Positions 11,961 through 24,728 of a stretch of DNA of 64,000 nucleotides are shown piece by piece. The position numbers and the translations under genes were made by a program. The stretch's first letter is position 1. Each line of letters starts with the position of its first letter. Location: assembly GCA_964016885.1 (NCBI GenBank), contig OZ024747.1:38440001-38504000 (forward strand), read 5' to 3'. The notes under the pieces are model-generated. The model was not told the DNA's origin and searched no databases. It saw nothing but the letters and a program-made list of their open reading frames with translations. This DNA comes from Eledone cirrhosa (taxonomy: Eukaryota).

Positions 11961-12504
11961 CTGATATTTAATACAAATCAAATACACTTAATCCAAAATT
12001 AATTCATATCATTTATACTCCTGATGGAATGGGAAGACAATATTCGAAAGGAAGAAAATAACATGGCGTGGTGCACATTAGCTGTATGCAACTAATATAC
12101 AGTGTATTTCCTATAAAATAAGAAGTAGGTAATGGGATATCATAACGCAAAACTCATGTATTATTCACGATTGACACTTAATAAACCAACTCAATAAACA
12201 TCACCACATAAACGCTACTCGATATTATAACTCTACTAGACAACACAAACCACTTTCTACACTGCTTCAACTCAGTATGGCTACATAAACCGCATATCAC
12301 ATGCTTCTCGTACGAAAAGAAACATACAGTAATACTGGAATCAGGAAGCTAAACTCCGTAAGAAACAGAACACTTCTAGCACATGTTTACACAAACCCAC
12401 CACGAAAATACGATGCTTCACACTCCTTAGCGATACGAAGGTGCCTCTACTAATACAGTAGAAACTCTCTTGAAAATGTTGAAGTAAAGATTTCCATAAA
12501 TTCT

Positions 12505-12905
12505 TTGGAAGGGGATCGTTTATATCGACCCCAGTACCTTCTTAGTACTTTATGTTTTCGACCTCAGAAAGATGAAAGACAAAGTTGACTTCATGGAGAT
12601 TTGAACTCAAATGTAGAAAATCGTAACTAAATACAGCAAAACCTTATACCCGATGTTCTACTGATACTGCCATTACAACAATAGCAATGATGATTTCTGA
12701 TTTAGGCACAAGACCAACAATTTTAGGGAAGAGAAGAATCGATTAAATCGATCTCAGTGCATTGCTGGTACTTTATTTCATCAAACTCGTTTGAACGAAA
12801 AGCAAAGCTAACCTCGGCGGGATTTGCACTCAGAATATAAGGGGACGTAAATCTACGCTGCAAAGCATGCTATCCCATGCTTTTCTGATACTGCCAATCC
12901 ACCAT
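12505..12905 (-). mobile_element. Two adjacent decayed SINE family 1 copies
   Basis: Reverse-strand B boxes (gatttgaactc about 12598, gggatttgcactc about 12819) and gtactttat...cgacc bodies. Confidence 0.7.
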
Positions 12906-13294
12906 CGATAATAATAAGCGACTATAAAGAATTAAATATATTTTGATATGTTTTTAAGGAAATGTTTGAAAGAAAAAGGCAGTTATATTTGTTTAATTAG
13001 TCATTGTATAATTAGTCATTTCATAATTACATAACAGATCAGATATTAATGAATAAATATCAATTACACGTAATTGTGTATGTCTCAAATAGTAAAGTTA
13101 GTGCTAACATATTTAATGTAGTGAGCTAAGAAATGTTAATTACAATTAAAATTTCATTTTGTTGGTACCATTAGATTACTTATTAACATGTTCAAGAAAA
13201 ACTGGAGAGGAAGCACAATCATTTTCATTAAGTAGAATCAATTAAACATAACAGCACAAAGGAAAAATGAGTAGAATTACTGACGCTACGGTGA

Positions 13295-13335
13295 CGCCTG
13301 ATGTATTTCGATCTTATTAGATCTCATCAGCGAAG
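13295..13335 (-). ncRNA. Minimal type I hammerhead relic
   Basis: Minus strand CTGATGA-GATCT(aata)AGATC-GAAA-TACA-TC; stem I pairing is poor. Confidence 0.5.
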
Positions 13336-13719
13336 TACAGCTTAATCTATTCTGCCAAAGGTAAGGTTGTTGAAGAATCTAGAGAACATTAGCAGATAAA
13401 CAGTGAATTGCGTAAAAAAACTTAAAAGAAATACAATATCTCCTAATAATAAAGAGGTATATCCTGATGCAGACACATAACGAATTAATATCAGACAGTC
13501 ACGTAATTCTGTTTATTTTGGAGGCGTCATTCAAGATTGGTTTTCTTATAGTAATTGTTATCTATTGTTATATAAATTTGCACCCAACAGAGCTATGTAC
13601 AAACAACTTCTATCCTTGGGCATACTTTCCCCTATGCAACGTGTATCCAGCATTACATTATCTAATATGAATTATTTTGCAAGAGGAAGATTTCGTTAGT
13701 ATTTCTAGCAATTCAAGGG

Positions 13720-13938
13720 TGATCGATGGGCAGTATCGGAAGAGCATCAGACACCATGCTTCCCGGCATATACTTCCGTACTTTTACATTCTGAGCTCAA
13801 ATCCCACCGAGCTTACCCTTGCCTTTCATGTTTACGGGGTCGATGAAGTAAAATACCAGTAACGTACTGGGTTTAGTTTAATTGGTTTAATTGGCTCACA
13901 AAATTGTTGGCCTTGTGCCTAGATCAGAAACCATTATT
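13720..13938 (+). mobile_element. SINE family 1 copy
   Basis: A/B-box-like head and gcctttcatgtttacggggtcgatgaagtaaaatacc body. Confidence 0.8.
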
Positions 13939-14308
13939 TTCACCAGCTCCTTTTATGGTTTACGAGTTTCATTGGTGTGCGTGAGTTGTTTGCCAACGAA
14001 TTTATCAGCCCCGCAGAGGCATCTAACTGAGCATTTGGCAATAGAAAATCAGCGTTACCTATTTAAATCTGTTATATATGGCTTCTAAGAGAACCTGAAA
14101 CTAACACCTGCCCCCCCCCCCGTACTTTCAAAGGTAATAAAGTGGTATAACATATTCTCCTGTTCTTCTAAGATTTCTCTTTCATTCATTACCATCGGTT
14201 TCGTGTTCTTCTTCATCACCATCTTCATCATCATCCTCATCATCATCATCACCAACATCATCGGCATCAACGTCATAATCACCGTCGTCACTGTCATAGA
14301 GTTAATCA

Positions 14309-14608
14309 GGGTGGTGGATTGGCTGTATCGGTAGAGGGTCGGACGCCATGCTTTGCTGCAAAGAGTTATAGCCCTTTACAGTCTGAGTTCAAATCCCGCC
14401 GAGGTTAACTTTGCCCTTCATCCTTACGGGGTCGATAAAATAAAGTACCAGTAATACACTGGGATAATTGCTGGCCTTGTGCCAAAAGTAGAAACAATTA
14501 TTTTAAACATCATTAACTTTGCCCTTCATCCTTAAGGGGTCGATACAATAAAGTACCAGTAATGCACTGAGTAATTGCTGGCCGTGTGCCAAAAGTAGAA
14601 ACAATTAT
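14309..14608 (+). mobile_element. SINE family 1 full copy plus tandem duplicate of its 3' half
   Basis: A box tggctgtatcggt, B box gagttcaaatccc; the 3' 95 bp recur at 14513-14608. A further decayed copy follows at about 14650-14850. Confidence 0.88.
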
Positions 14609-15393
14609 ATTCTCTTTACACATCATACCCTGCTATTACTCCGTGGGAAGGGCTGTGGATTGGAAGGGTTGTAATTGTATTGGAACAAATACTTAGCAGT
14701 ATTTGTTCTAGTTTTTTATGTACTTTCAGGGGTTAGTTTTGCCTGTCTTCCTAACAGGGTTGATAAATAAAATACCAGTAACGCACTGGCATCGGTTTAA
14801 TCAACTTTCACTTTGAAATTGCTGGCCGCCTGCCAAATGTAGAATCAATTATTGTGTATATGGGAGTTAAATTGTCATTTAATCTTAACGACGTCGTTAA
14901 ACAAGTACACATCTTTTACAGAGCTCATTTACACTGATTTTTCATTACCCGATACCTGATATCAGAAGTAATAATATGAGGTTTTGTTGTTTTTTATGTT
15001 ATTGTTCTTGGTTTTTTGTTGTTGTTGTTTCATTTATAGTTCCAAGATTTATTCCAGCAATATGATATCAACAGCAACAATCCAAACACATCCAACGTTT
15101 CAAGAAGATGACCTCTACGTGGTTGATCAAATGTGGGCAGCTGTAAAAGGTCACTATGTTTTCTGTAATTAATAGTAATAAACGTCCCTAAATGCACACA
15201 TTGCAATTGCTAATATGAAACACACATTTGTTTATGAAGTCATATACGGACAGAAAGATGAAGAAAAAAACAATAACATAGTGAAGCTAGATGTATCATA
15301 ATTGGTTTGCTGGCGTAGGGTTAAAAAGCAGTTATATTACACCAAAAGGACGGTAACTTTCATTAGCACACCACATAATATTATTTATCGTAG

Positions 15394-15579
15394 GGCGGTG
15401 GATTGGCAGTATTGGTAGAGGGTCGGACGCCATGCTTTGACGTATAGAATTACGGCCCTTGCCATTCCGAGTTCAAATCCCGCCGAAGTTGACTTTGCCT
15501 TTCATCCTTACGGGGTCGATAACATAAAGTACCAGTAATGCACTGGGTAATTGCTAGCCTTGTGCCTAACGTAGAAACA
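15394..15579 (+). mobile_element. SINE family 1 full-length copy with 14-bp target-site duplication
   Basis: attatttatcgtag at 15380-15393 and 15580-15593 flanks an A-box/B-box SINE. Confidence 0.9.
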
Positions 15580-16439
15580 ATTATTTATCGTAGAGCGATT
15601 GTCATTTCGTATAGTATTACTAAGCTATAAAAAGCAAAGCTGAGGTACAGGTGAAGAGACACTATATTACTATTAGTTGAAGTTTAAGCCTGAGGAAATA
15701 GACCATAATTGATTTGATATTTCACATATAAAGATACATGACTAAGCATATATATTCTACAGATGGAATAGGTTGGAGAGAAAATCGAAATGAAAATAAC
15801 TTGAATGTGCCATGTATTTTCTCTTTTCAAACGTTGAAATAGTTTCAATAAATAAATTAGATAAGAATATTAAGAGAACAAATAAAATTATCTTTGGACC
15901 TATTATAGTTACAAAATAAAACAAATGAAAAACTGAAACACTTGTCGGAAATGTGGGAAGTCGAGAACACTCCGTTTCTCTGTTGACTTTATGATTCACA
16001 GCTCTAATTAAGCACGTCCACAGACAAACTGAAGCATAACACATACACATACGACTTGGATATAACTGCTTATCAATTATGCAAGTAGAGTAGCTGAAGA
16101 TGAAGAATTTCTTTTTAAGATGCTCTGCTGAAGCCCATTGGTTGCTATAGGTAACAAGCATATATGTAAAAATATTGTTACGGCCAATTAACCGACATAG
16201 CGCATCAGAATATTCGAAAATGTTAAATGTTGTATGTAATTTCTATATTATGCATAGTTGCTAGAATATATACTGCAATGAGAACTGCGGAGTTATAATG
16301 ATAATAAGTATTTCCAATTTAGGCACAAGGCCAGCAATTTGGGGGTGAGGGAATGTCAATTATATGGGCTTTAGTACTTGAAATGATAATGATAATAATA
16401 ATTATATTATAGTTATTTCCATTATCATTTTTATTGCGC

Positions 16440-16835
16440 ATCATGACTTGTTTACCGAGCACAGCTCTGTATGGGTATGAGCAGTTTAGTTTTTGTTGGT
16501 GTTGTTTCATTGTATTAATAGTACGTTTCGTAATATGTGTGCAGTGCCTAGTAGTGCTATATTTTGTATGCTGCATATAATTTTAACTCCTGGGGTTTTG
16601 ACTATGTATTTGTCTGTGTTTTATTATCATACATTTTCCAGATTCGAGTTATTTCTATCTCTAGATCTTTATATTTGGAGAGTTTCTCTATTTCCTTGGA
16701 AGATATATTGTCGTCTGTGTGGTTAGATACATCTATTAGAAGGCATACTTTTCGTCGTCTTTGACTATAATATCGTGTCGGGTGACTTGATCTCTCTGTA
16801 TGTATTGGCATATCACAGAGAATGGTTGCTTTGTC
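16440..16835 (-). mobile_element. 3' fragment of an R4/Dong-like RLE LINE
   Basis: LLIDVS...KEIEKLSKYKDLEIEITRIW RLE motif in the translation. Confidence 0.8.
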
Positions 16836-16899
16836 ATTCTCTGACTCTTTTTCTGGTGTGTGTTTTTCATCATCATCCTTCGACTCCTCTGTGGGCAGT

Positions 16900-17630
16900 C
16901 GGAACTCTCTTGACAATCCTTTTCCACACTGTTCGGTCCTGCATTTCTGTCCCTAGATCCCTTTTGTCCAACCCTGAGTCCCGAGCTATGGTGTCTGCGA
17001 AAGTCAATTTTCATGAATAGACACATCCTGAGGGATGCCACAGAAGGAGAGAGGAAATTATTTCATTGTCGGCTCGATGACAGTGGCCAGCGAACTGTAG
17101 TTTTTTTGGTTGAGTCTGGGGGATATTGGAATCAAATCTCCATAGATGGTTTCAAGTGTTGCTTGTTGTCTCCAGCTTATGTCTTTGATTCTTCTGAGCA
17201 GATTTAATATGCTCCATCCAGGCGTCTTTCAAGACGAACAGATAAGGTCATCTTTCTGTTCCATATAGTTGTACTGGTTCAATCAATGTTCGAAAGATTT
17301 GGACTTTTAAGGTGGTTGATAAATTTGAGCGCCAAATCTTGTCAAGCCTGTTGCACGCATCCCATGCCACAGCTTCACAGATATTGAAATCTTCTTGGGA
17401 GTCTGACATGAGAGCCAATGTATTTAAGTTCTCGACCCTTTTGATGGATGTATTATTGAGTGATTTCATATCAGATGGTTCAGGGGAGGTTGAGACATAT
17501 TCTGTCTTGCTCTCATTACAATAGAGACCGACCTGATGTGTTGTTTGCTCAAGCGATTTCTGCAGGGATTCTGCGCGGCCCTTTATGGAAATCAGGGAAA
17601 GATCATCGCAAAATCTAGGACAGTCGGCGG
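16900..17630 (-). mobile_element. RTE-like LINE fragment
   Basis: AWDACNRLDKIWRSNLSTTLKVQIFRTLIEPVQLYGTE resembles the RTE thumb region. Confidence 0.7.
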
Positions 17631-17679
17631 TAAAGACGGAACATTGTCAGTATCATTAGCGCGTCGAACAAATTACTAT

Positions 17680-18070
17680 GTGGCATATAGTTACGTCCCT
17701 TTACATCCATTTATGCTTTGAGTTCAAAATACTTAACGGCCCTTGGCTTTTTTAATTCAATGAGGTCACCTTTGCCCTTTATCCTCCTGTGGTTGTTAAC
17801 ATCGACTTTCCTCTCCGTTCAAATTCATGTCTTTGTGTCAAAATTAGAAATAATTATCGTAAGACAAACTAAGGTGGAGGATTTACAGAATCATGAAAAA
17901 ATGGAGAAAATAACTAACAGTATTTATTTAGGGCAGTTGACATTTTCAGATCAAATATTTCCGAGGGTAACTTTGCATTCCCTCCTTCCAAACGTACCAA
18001 TCAAGTACTGGGGTCGATATAACGACTTTCTCCCCACTTAAACGTGTTGGCTTTGTGCTAATGTTTAGAA
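17680..18070 (+). mobile_element. Two decayed SINE family 1 copies
   Basis: gagttcaaa B box and ...ctttgtgtcaaaattagaaa / ...ctttgtgctaatgtttagaaa 3' ends. Confidence 0.6.
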
Positions 18071-18735
18071 AAAAACTATTGCAAAAAAATAATATTTTCT
18101 CCGCTTCACTCGCTACTTTTAAACTGTAATTTAAGTAAGGTGTTCCATTGTTTAAGTATCTTCAAATTTATATATATTAACAAAAAATGGTCACATAAGA
18201 AAAATGAAAAGTAATATTCATGTTTCTTATACATCTCTACATATACTTTGCACATGCGCGTTAAATTATATGCTGCAGCTTCCGTCATTTTTTCTTTCAT
18301 TCTAATCTAGTAGTCTATCCAGTAGTATTCGTACAATGTAAGATTTCTTTAGTAGCAAAGCGTATTTCATTGAATAGCATTCGTTTTGCAGTTTAGTAAG
18401 TACACGCTGGGTTTCTATAGTAACATGACGACGTCAATTGTTTCCCGACCTTTTCTCTCTATACAGAGAGAGCAAGAATACTGAAATTTGATTATACGTG
18501 CTGCATTATGACTTCAGAATTCTCATTTACTGTATCTTTACCACTGTCTATTTCTGCTTTCTTTTTCTTTTCCTGCAAACAAACAGACACACGCATGAAC
18601 ACATCGACACACCTACACACGTACACGGGGAAACACACATTGTCGTTTCAAAGAATATGTATGAATATTATGATCGTATGTATTTATGTATGTATGCATG
18701 TATGTATGTATGTATGTATGTATGTATGTATGTAT

Positions 18736-19111
18736 ATTATCTCTTTCTCTTAATTTCGAATATATTTTTTTGACCGGCCACCTTCCTGGTGGCAAGGTTG
18801 TAAAAGAAAAGAAATTGTCATCCCTTGAATCGCAAGAATGTTTTGCAAATTTTGAAGGCGCAAGCAAGCGCAGGCATTTGTAGACTATGATTTAGGGAGC
18901 TGCGCTCTTTGCCCGCAAATCCAAGTTCAGCCATACTTTGGTCCAAGCGGGTTGGTATATAACCCGTAGCTCCAATAATGATGGGTATGAAACTAAAGGT
19001 GTATCTTGGATACTGGATTTGCAAACTCATCATCAATGGTCCGTAGATGTCCTCCTTCTCCTGTATTTTTCTGACAACGTTTACATCAAGTGGGCAGCTG
19101 ATCTCCACAAC
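18736..19111 (-). mobile_element. RLE LINE family C, 3' fragment inside (TATG)n
   Basis: VVEISCPLDVNV...KICKTFLRFKG; highly similar to 48200-48510; (TATG)n on both flanks. Confidence 0.88.
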
Positions 19112-19832
19112 ATGTATGTATGTATGTATGTATTTAAGTATGTATGTATGTTCTTCTGGTTTTATAATTTCACAAAGTTTTACCAATAGAGAGAGAATCG
19201 GTTTCTAACGTAAACACCAGGCTCTCTCATTGGAATTTACACAACATCAACTAGGTAGATATGTATGCCTGCATGTGTAGATATGGATGTTATTGTATGT
19301 GTGGATGTGGATGTTTTGAGTTGTATGTGTGCATGTGTATATGCTTTGCATCTGTACATACAGTTATTAGATGCAACATTTTTGGGTATCTTTACATACT
19401 TTTACTGTTCCATTAATAGATTGTACTTGTAATTTCCTAACTAGTTGTGTTATGTATGTAAACCTGTGAGAGTGAAGGACCCCCAGTCTTTGTCAGGGCA
19501 TTCTTCTAGAAGGCAACTCAGGAAATTGGGATAACTCCGACATAAAACTTGCGGCTCAGTAGTTACCGATGATGTTGATCTTTTCTTCTTTTTCGGGTTA
19601 TAGCTACTGTCGCTCAGAGAGTGGGATTGGCTCAGTGCACACTCTTTCCTCACTTTAAAAAATATCTTCATGCACAGGCATTGCACGATAGAATTAATTA
19701 ATAATAGTATAACGTGCAATGGCCATACTCGATAACGAGGGGGCAGCCATTATGTATGTATGAACGTATGGATGTATGTATATATGTGTGTATCTATGTA
19801 GGCATGTACGTATGTACGTACGTATGCATATG

Positions 19833-20252
19833 ATATATTGGTAAAAAGAAAAGGAAATGCTGACAAATGTTTCCCAGTGAAAAATAGTTTAATTAGGAAT
19901 AAGTAAAAATTAGTAATAGTATTGGTTAGTATTCAGTTTTAGTTTTAAGTTTTTACCGGTTGCGCATTTCTAATGCTTTTCAAAAATAATTTTGAGATAG
20001 AGCGCCCGTGATGTTTGCTCTAATCTGATTAGTTTTGGAAATTCTACCTTTTTTATGTGAAAAAAGTGGCTCCAGATGTATTAAAATAAGTTTCGCGCCA
20101 ATTCGTGTTGCAAAAATTCTTGTGGTCAAAACGATTTTGATTGGTCGGTAGAGGTCATGTGAATGTTAAAAATTGATTTTGCGCCAAATATAGGTTTGTC
20201 TCGGCTGATCGAGAAGTCACTGAAAAATAAGTCTTTCAAGACAAGTATATGT

Positions 20253-20294
<42 letters not shown>

Positions 20295-20393
20295 GTAGTA
20301 GTAAAGAGGTTCATTGTTGTGATAATGGTCAGTAGGGATGTGTGTGTGAATTGCAGTTTGTTGACAGGTCAACAGTTCAGATGCCTATTAAGA

Positions 20394-20440
<47 letters not shown>

Positions 20441-20548
20441 CAGAGTAATTCGTGGTAGAGCGATCGGTCAGTAGGAATGTGTCTGTACGTGTGTGGGGGA
20501 TATTTTAACATGTTAAAATATATTTTTCAGCTCTTGTCTTATACGGAG

Positions 20549-20599
<51 letters not shown>

Positions 20600-22463
20600 T
20601 ATTTGTATGCAAGTGTACGCGTGTGTATGTGTGTGTGTATATATGTGTGTGTGTATGTATGTATGAGTGTGTGTGGGTGGACCAGTATTTTTGTGATACT
20701 GGTAAAAATGGTGTACATGATTCGATATTTTCAGTAAAATGATTCTCTCAATAGAACAACAAAAACCTTAATAATAAAAGGTGTGAAGTGATATATAGTA
20801 TTGGCATAACACCAAGGTGTGTGTAAGTGTCCAGATTGTACGTACTGCAAGGGGAATCCATTAGGCCTTGCCGTATTGGAATACTTGTGTACAAATATGT
20901 ATGTGTCCATCAGTGTGCAATGCATGTGTGCGAATATGTATGTGTGTGTGTCGGCACGTTTATATCTATAGACATCAAAAGGTATGCAAATTTGTGTATA
21001 TTTGTGTTGCACCATAGAACATGTGTGTTTACGTATGTCATTGTGTTTATATGTGGATGGAGATGTATGTAGGATGTATGCTGATGTAGGTATGTATGTT
21101 GACGTGTGTATGTTGTGGGTTCGTCTTAGGGAGAAGTGTTTAGACGGGGTTCCTATTTGTTAATAAAGTGAGATTCCTTGCTGATGCGCTGGGTGTGGGT
21201 GGCATTATCTTTAAATTTGTCGAGGGGAAAGATTCTGAAGGTGGGATGATTTTGGGCGGCACAGGTATCAATGTGTTCACTCAGTGGTATTTTCCTATAT
21301 TCCCGTATTTTAATTTGGGATCTATGGACAGTCATGCGGAGGCTGATTTTGGTCTGGCCTATGTATTGTTCTCGACAGCCTGAGCAAGTTAATACATATA
21401 TTAGATTTTCTGATGCGCATGGGAAATTGTGTTTTACTATAAAACGTTGTCCTTCTTTGAAATAGAATTCCGAACCCTCTATTAGGTAGATGCATATGCC
21501 ACAGTTGGGTCTATCGCATTTTTTTACTGTGGGTTTCGTTGTTGTGGTTGGCTGTACTTTGGCATGTGTTAGGATGTTTTTCATTGACTTAGATTGTTTT
21601 TGCTCTTTATGATATCGTGTGTTCGTAGGATTTGGTTCATTCTATGGTCCTTTTTTAACACAGGGATGTTCTGGAGGATGGTGTCAAAGGCCTCATTGTT
21701 GAGGGGGTTGTGTGGGGAGATGTATGGAAGAGCTTTTAGTTTCGGTTGATTTACTTTAGGATGTCTAAGGTCCTGGGTACTGAGTTTTTGGGCACGTTGG
21801 ATTCCGTTGTCAATTAGTGATGCAGGTTAGTCCCTGCCTATGAGTGTGTCCTTTAATTCTTGTAGCGGTAAGTAACAGGTGTTTTTTATTGGAGACTATA
21901 GTACAGATTCTCTTGGCTAAGTTGTAGGGAATATTAATTTTAACGTGTCTAGAGTGGCAGGAGTTGAAAGGAAGATATTGCTTGGAGTCTGTGGGCTTGT
22001 AGTATATGTCTGTTTCTATTTTTTTTGTTATGAATCTTAATGAGGATGTCGAGGAAGGGGAGTTGTTGATGGCTGTATTCCATCGTGAAGTTAATATTCG
22101 TGTGAAATCCTTTAAGTTTCTCGATGTTTTCGTGCCAAAGGATTTAGCAGTCTTCTAGATATCGCTTCCAGTTCCTTTCTATGTGTAAGTGGAGAGTGTT
22201 TCCAAATTTGTTTAGTACTTTAGTGTAGAGGGTGATTTCCAGGTATCCCATGACTAGGTTGGCATAAGTTGGGGCTGTTTTCGTTCCAATAGCGGTCCCA
22301 GATTTCTGCCTGTAAGGTTTGTTATTGAAAAGGAAGTAATTGTTCTCCAAAATAAATTTGAGTCCCTCTATCACGAATTCTTTTTTGATGCGTTGTGGGA
22401 GTTCATTGTGGTAATTATACAGCCAGAATTGGATAGCTTCTTTTCCTAGGTTGTGAGGGATGT
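19833..22463 (-). mobile_element. Penelope-like element, 5'-truncated (RT C-half, GIY-YIG endonuclease, CA-rich 3' region/pLTR)
   Basis: NIPH...QKSGTAIGTKTAPTYANLVMG...RYLED (RT); CxxxxCxxC...LIYVLTCSGCREQYIGQT (GIY-YIG); frameshifts and stops present. Confidence 0.92.
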
Positions 22464-22765
22464 TGGACAAGGTTGAAAGTATTGAAGACGGACATTTTCC
22501 TTTTCGGCGAATCCCTGATTACCTTTTTCAAATTTCACTTGAAGAGGAAAATTAGGATGGATGGGCAAGTGCTGTCTTCTAGTAAGTTTGTTGAAAGGTG
22601 GGTGAAAGTGGTGAGTCTGGTCCGAGTGAACGGGCCCGCTCTGAGTATGCTCCTGTAGACTGAAGAGTTGGAAAAGTGAGAGAGTGCGCTTGTCCTGGTG
22701 GTCAGGGTGGCTGTGGTCTTTTGTGTGGTTTTCCTCATGTTAGCCCTGTTGGCCAATAAAGAAAA

Positions 22766-22766
<1 letters not shown>
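22464..22766 (+). mobile_element. 3' fragment of the Tx1-like L1 family
   Basis: FFKFHLKRKIR...FVERW...RVNGP matches 56540-56761; identical terminus AATAAAGAAAAC + (ATT)n. Confidence 0.9.

Positions 22767-22847
<81 letters not shown>
22767..22847. repeat. (ATT)n spacer (others at 24687-24728, 26120-26144, 50982-51031, 57012-57030, 57333-57395, 59351-59375, 62389-62408)
   Basis: Trinucleotide runs located exactly at LINE-LINE junctions. Confidence 0.95.
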
Positions 22848-24685
22848 GTTCTTTGAGTCTCAGTCATTGATGTTATTTAACTGGAAAGTTTGTTGAAAGG
22901 AATATCAAGCTGCTGCCTGCAGCCTCAGATATTCAGGACGTATCGGAGGGTTCTTGCTGTTCCCAGCAAAGATGCCTTTTTTAAGTGTTCCAAAAAGCGG
23001 GGCTGGACCAATATTCTTTAACCATCCCTGGAAACTCCTTGAGATAGTACCCAGTGCGTCTATGACATCGGGACCACTTTGACTTCATGGCAGTTCCAAA
23101 TCCTTTTTACCTCCCACTTTAAATCCTGGTATCGGTTAATTTTCTCCCGCTCCTTCACTTGCACTCTCGTGTCGGATGGGCAGGCCACATCCACAATCAG
23201 GCACGATCTATGTTCCTTGTGCAAAACCACCAGGTCAGGTTTATTGTGTTCCAGTTTCTTGTCCGTCTGTATCCTACAATCCCACAGCACCTTCACCTGA
23301 TTGTTTTCTATCACCGACTCTGGTTTATGCTCATACCACTTCTCACAATGTGCAAAATTGTTTACTTTGCACAGGTGCCAGTGGATCACCCTCCCCATCA
23401 GATCATGTCTCCAGCCTTTATAGTGAGGCTGGGCTAGGTGTTTACACTCGGACACAATGTGAGCCACAGTCTCCTCTCTCTCTCCACAGATCCTGCACAG
23501 TGGACTAGCCTCCTCCTTGTAAATCTGGTGTTTCAGCCACTTCGTTTTGAGAGCCTGCTCTTGCGCAGCCATTAGCATTCCTTCTGTAGCCTTTTTAAGG
23601 TCTCCTCTTTTCAACCAGTTCCATGTCTGTGAATCTCTGAATTCCGTTTTCTAAAGAAGGTACTATGAAGGGATTTTTCATGAAGGCTGCTCTTTCTCAT
23701 TGTTGTTATTTCCTCCTTGGACATCCCCTGGTCTATTGTCCTCTCCTTCAGTACAATTCCGAGCATTGGCTCCTTACTATCGGTCACGTATTTGTCCAGG
23801 TTGTTTTTCCCGATCTGAACACAGTCCTCTATGCTGATAAGGCCTCTTTCAACTTCAGATCTCCTTAAGTAGAGTCTATCGACATCACTCCTCTTGTGGA
23901 ACATGTTGTAGATAGTCAATAGCTTCCTAGTCTTCCTATCCATTTCTTTTTGTTCAGCAATATTCCATCTCAGAATTCCCGCACTGTACCTAATAATAGA
24001 CACAGCTCGGGAATTTACTGCACTTATGGCATTCCTACTGTTCAGATGTGACTTTAATACGCTCCTTACTCTCCAAATGTATTCAGATCTTATCGTTTCC
24101 TTCGTTTTTTTTTGTTCTTGATGTGATCAGCCTCCAGAACACCAAATACTTGTATCCTTCTTCAGTGTTAATTTCCTTTATCATCTCACCTGTTGGTACC
24201 TGGATTCCGTTGCTCCTGCTCAATTTACCCCGCTTCGTCACAAGGATTCCACACTTACTAATACCAAATTGCATACATATATCATTGCTGAAAATACGGA
24301 CAGTGTCAACAAGCACATCCAACTCCTTCTCACTCTTCCCGAAGAGCTTAAGATCGTCCATGAAGAGGAGGTGATTGATGGTAAGCTCTCCCTTTCCCAA
24401 CTTGTATCCTGCTCTCACTTTTCGCAGTATAATTGTCAGGGGTATCAGGGCAAGGACAAACAACAGAGGGGTCAGACTATCTCCCTGGAAGATACATCTG
24501 TTGATTTTAACGCCTCCCAAGGATTCTCCAACTGATGTTAACTCTGTTTTCCAGGACTTCATACTTTTGCTCAACAACTGTCTGATATTATCTGCCACCC
24601 TGAATATCTCTACGCTTTTGGTGATCCAAGAATGAGGCAAATGCCTTTTTGAAGTCTATCCATCCCATGGCAAGATCAGTGTGTC

Positions 24686-24686
<1 letters not shown>
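22848..24686 (-). mobile_element. R4/Dong-like RLE LINE family A, copy 1 (5'-truncated)
   Basis: RT QGDSLTP / FMDDLKLF; CRIC...HIVSEC zinc knuckle; KPDLVV..D RLE; (TAA)n tail. Confidence 0.93.

Positions 24687-24728
<42 letters not shown>

Noticed and set aside
14309-14400. tRNA gene
   Set aside because: The A and B boxes belong to SINE heads; spacing and lack of a cloverleaf exclude a real tRNA.
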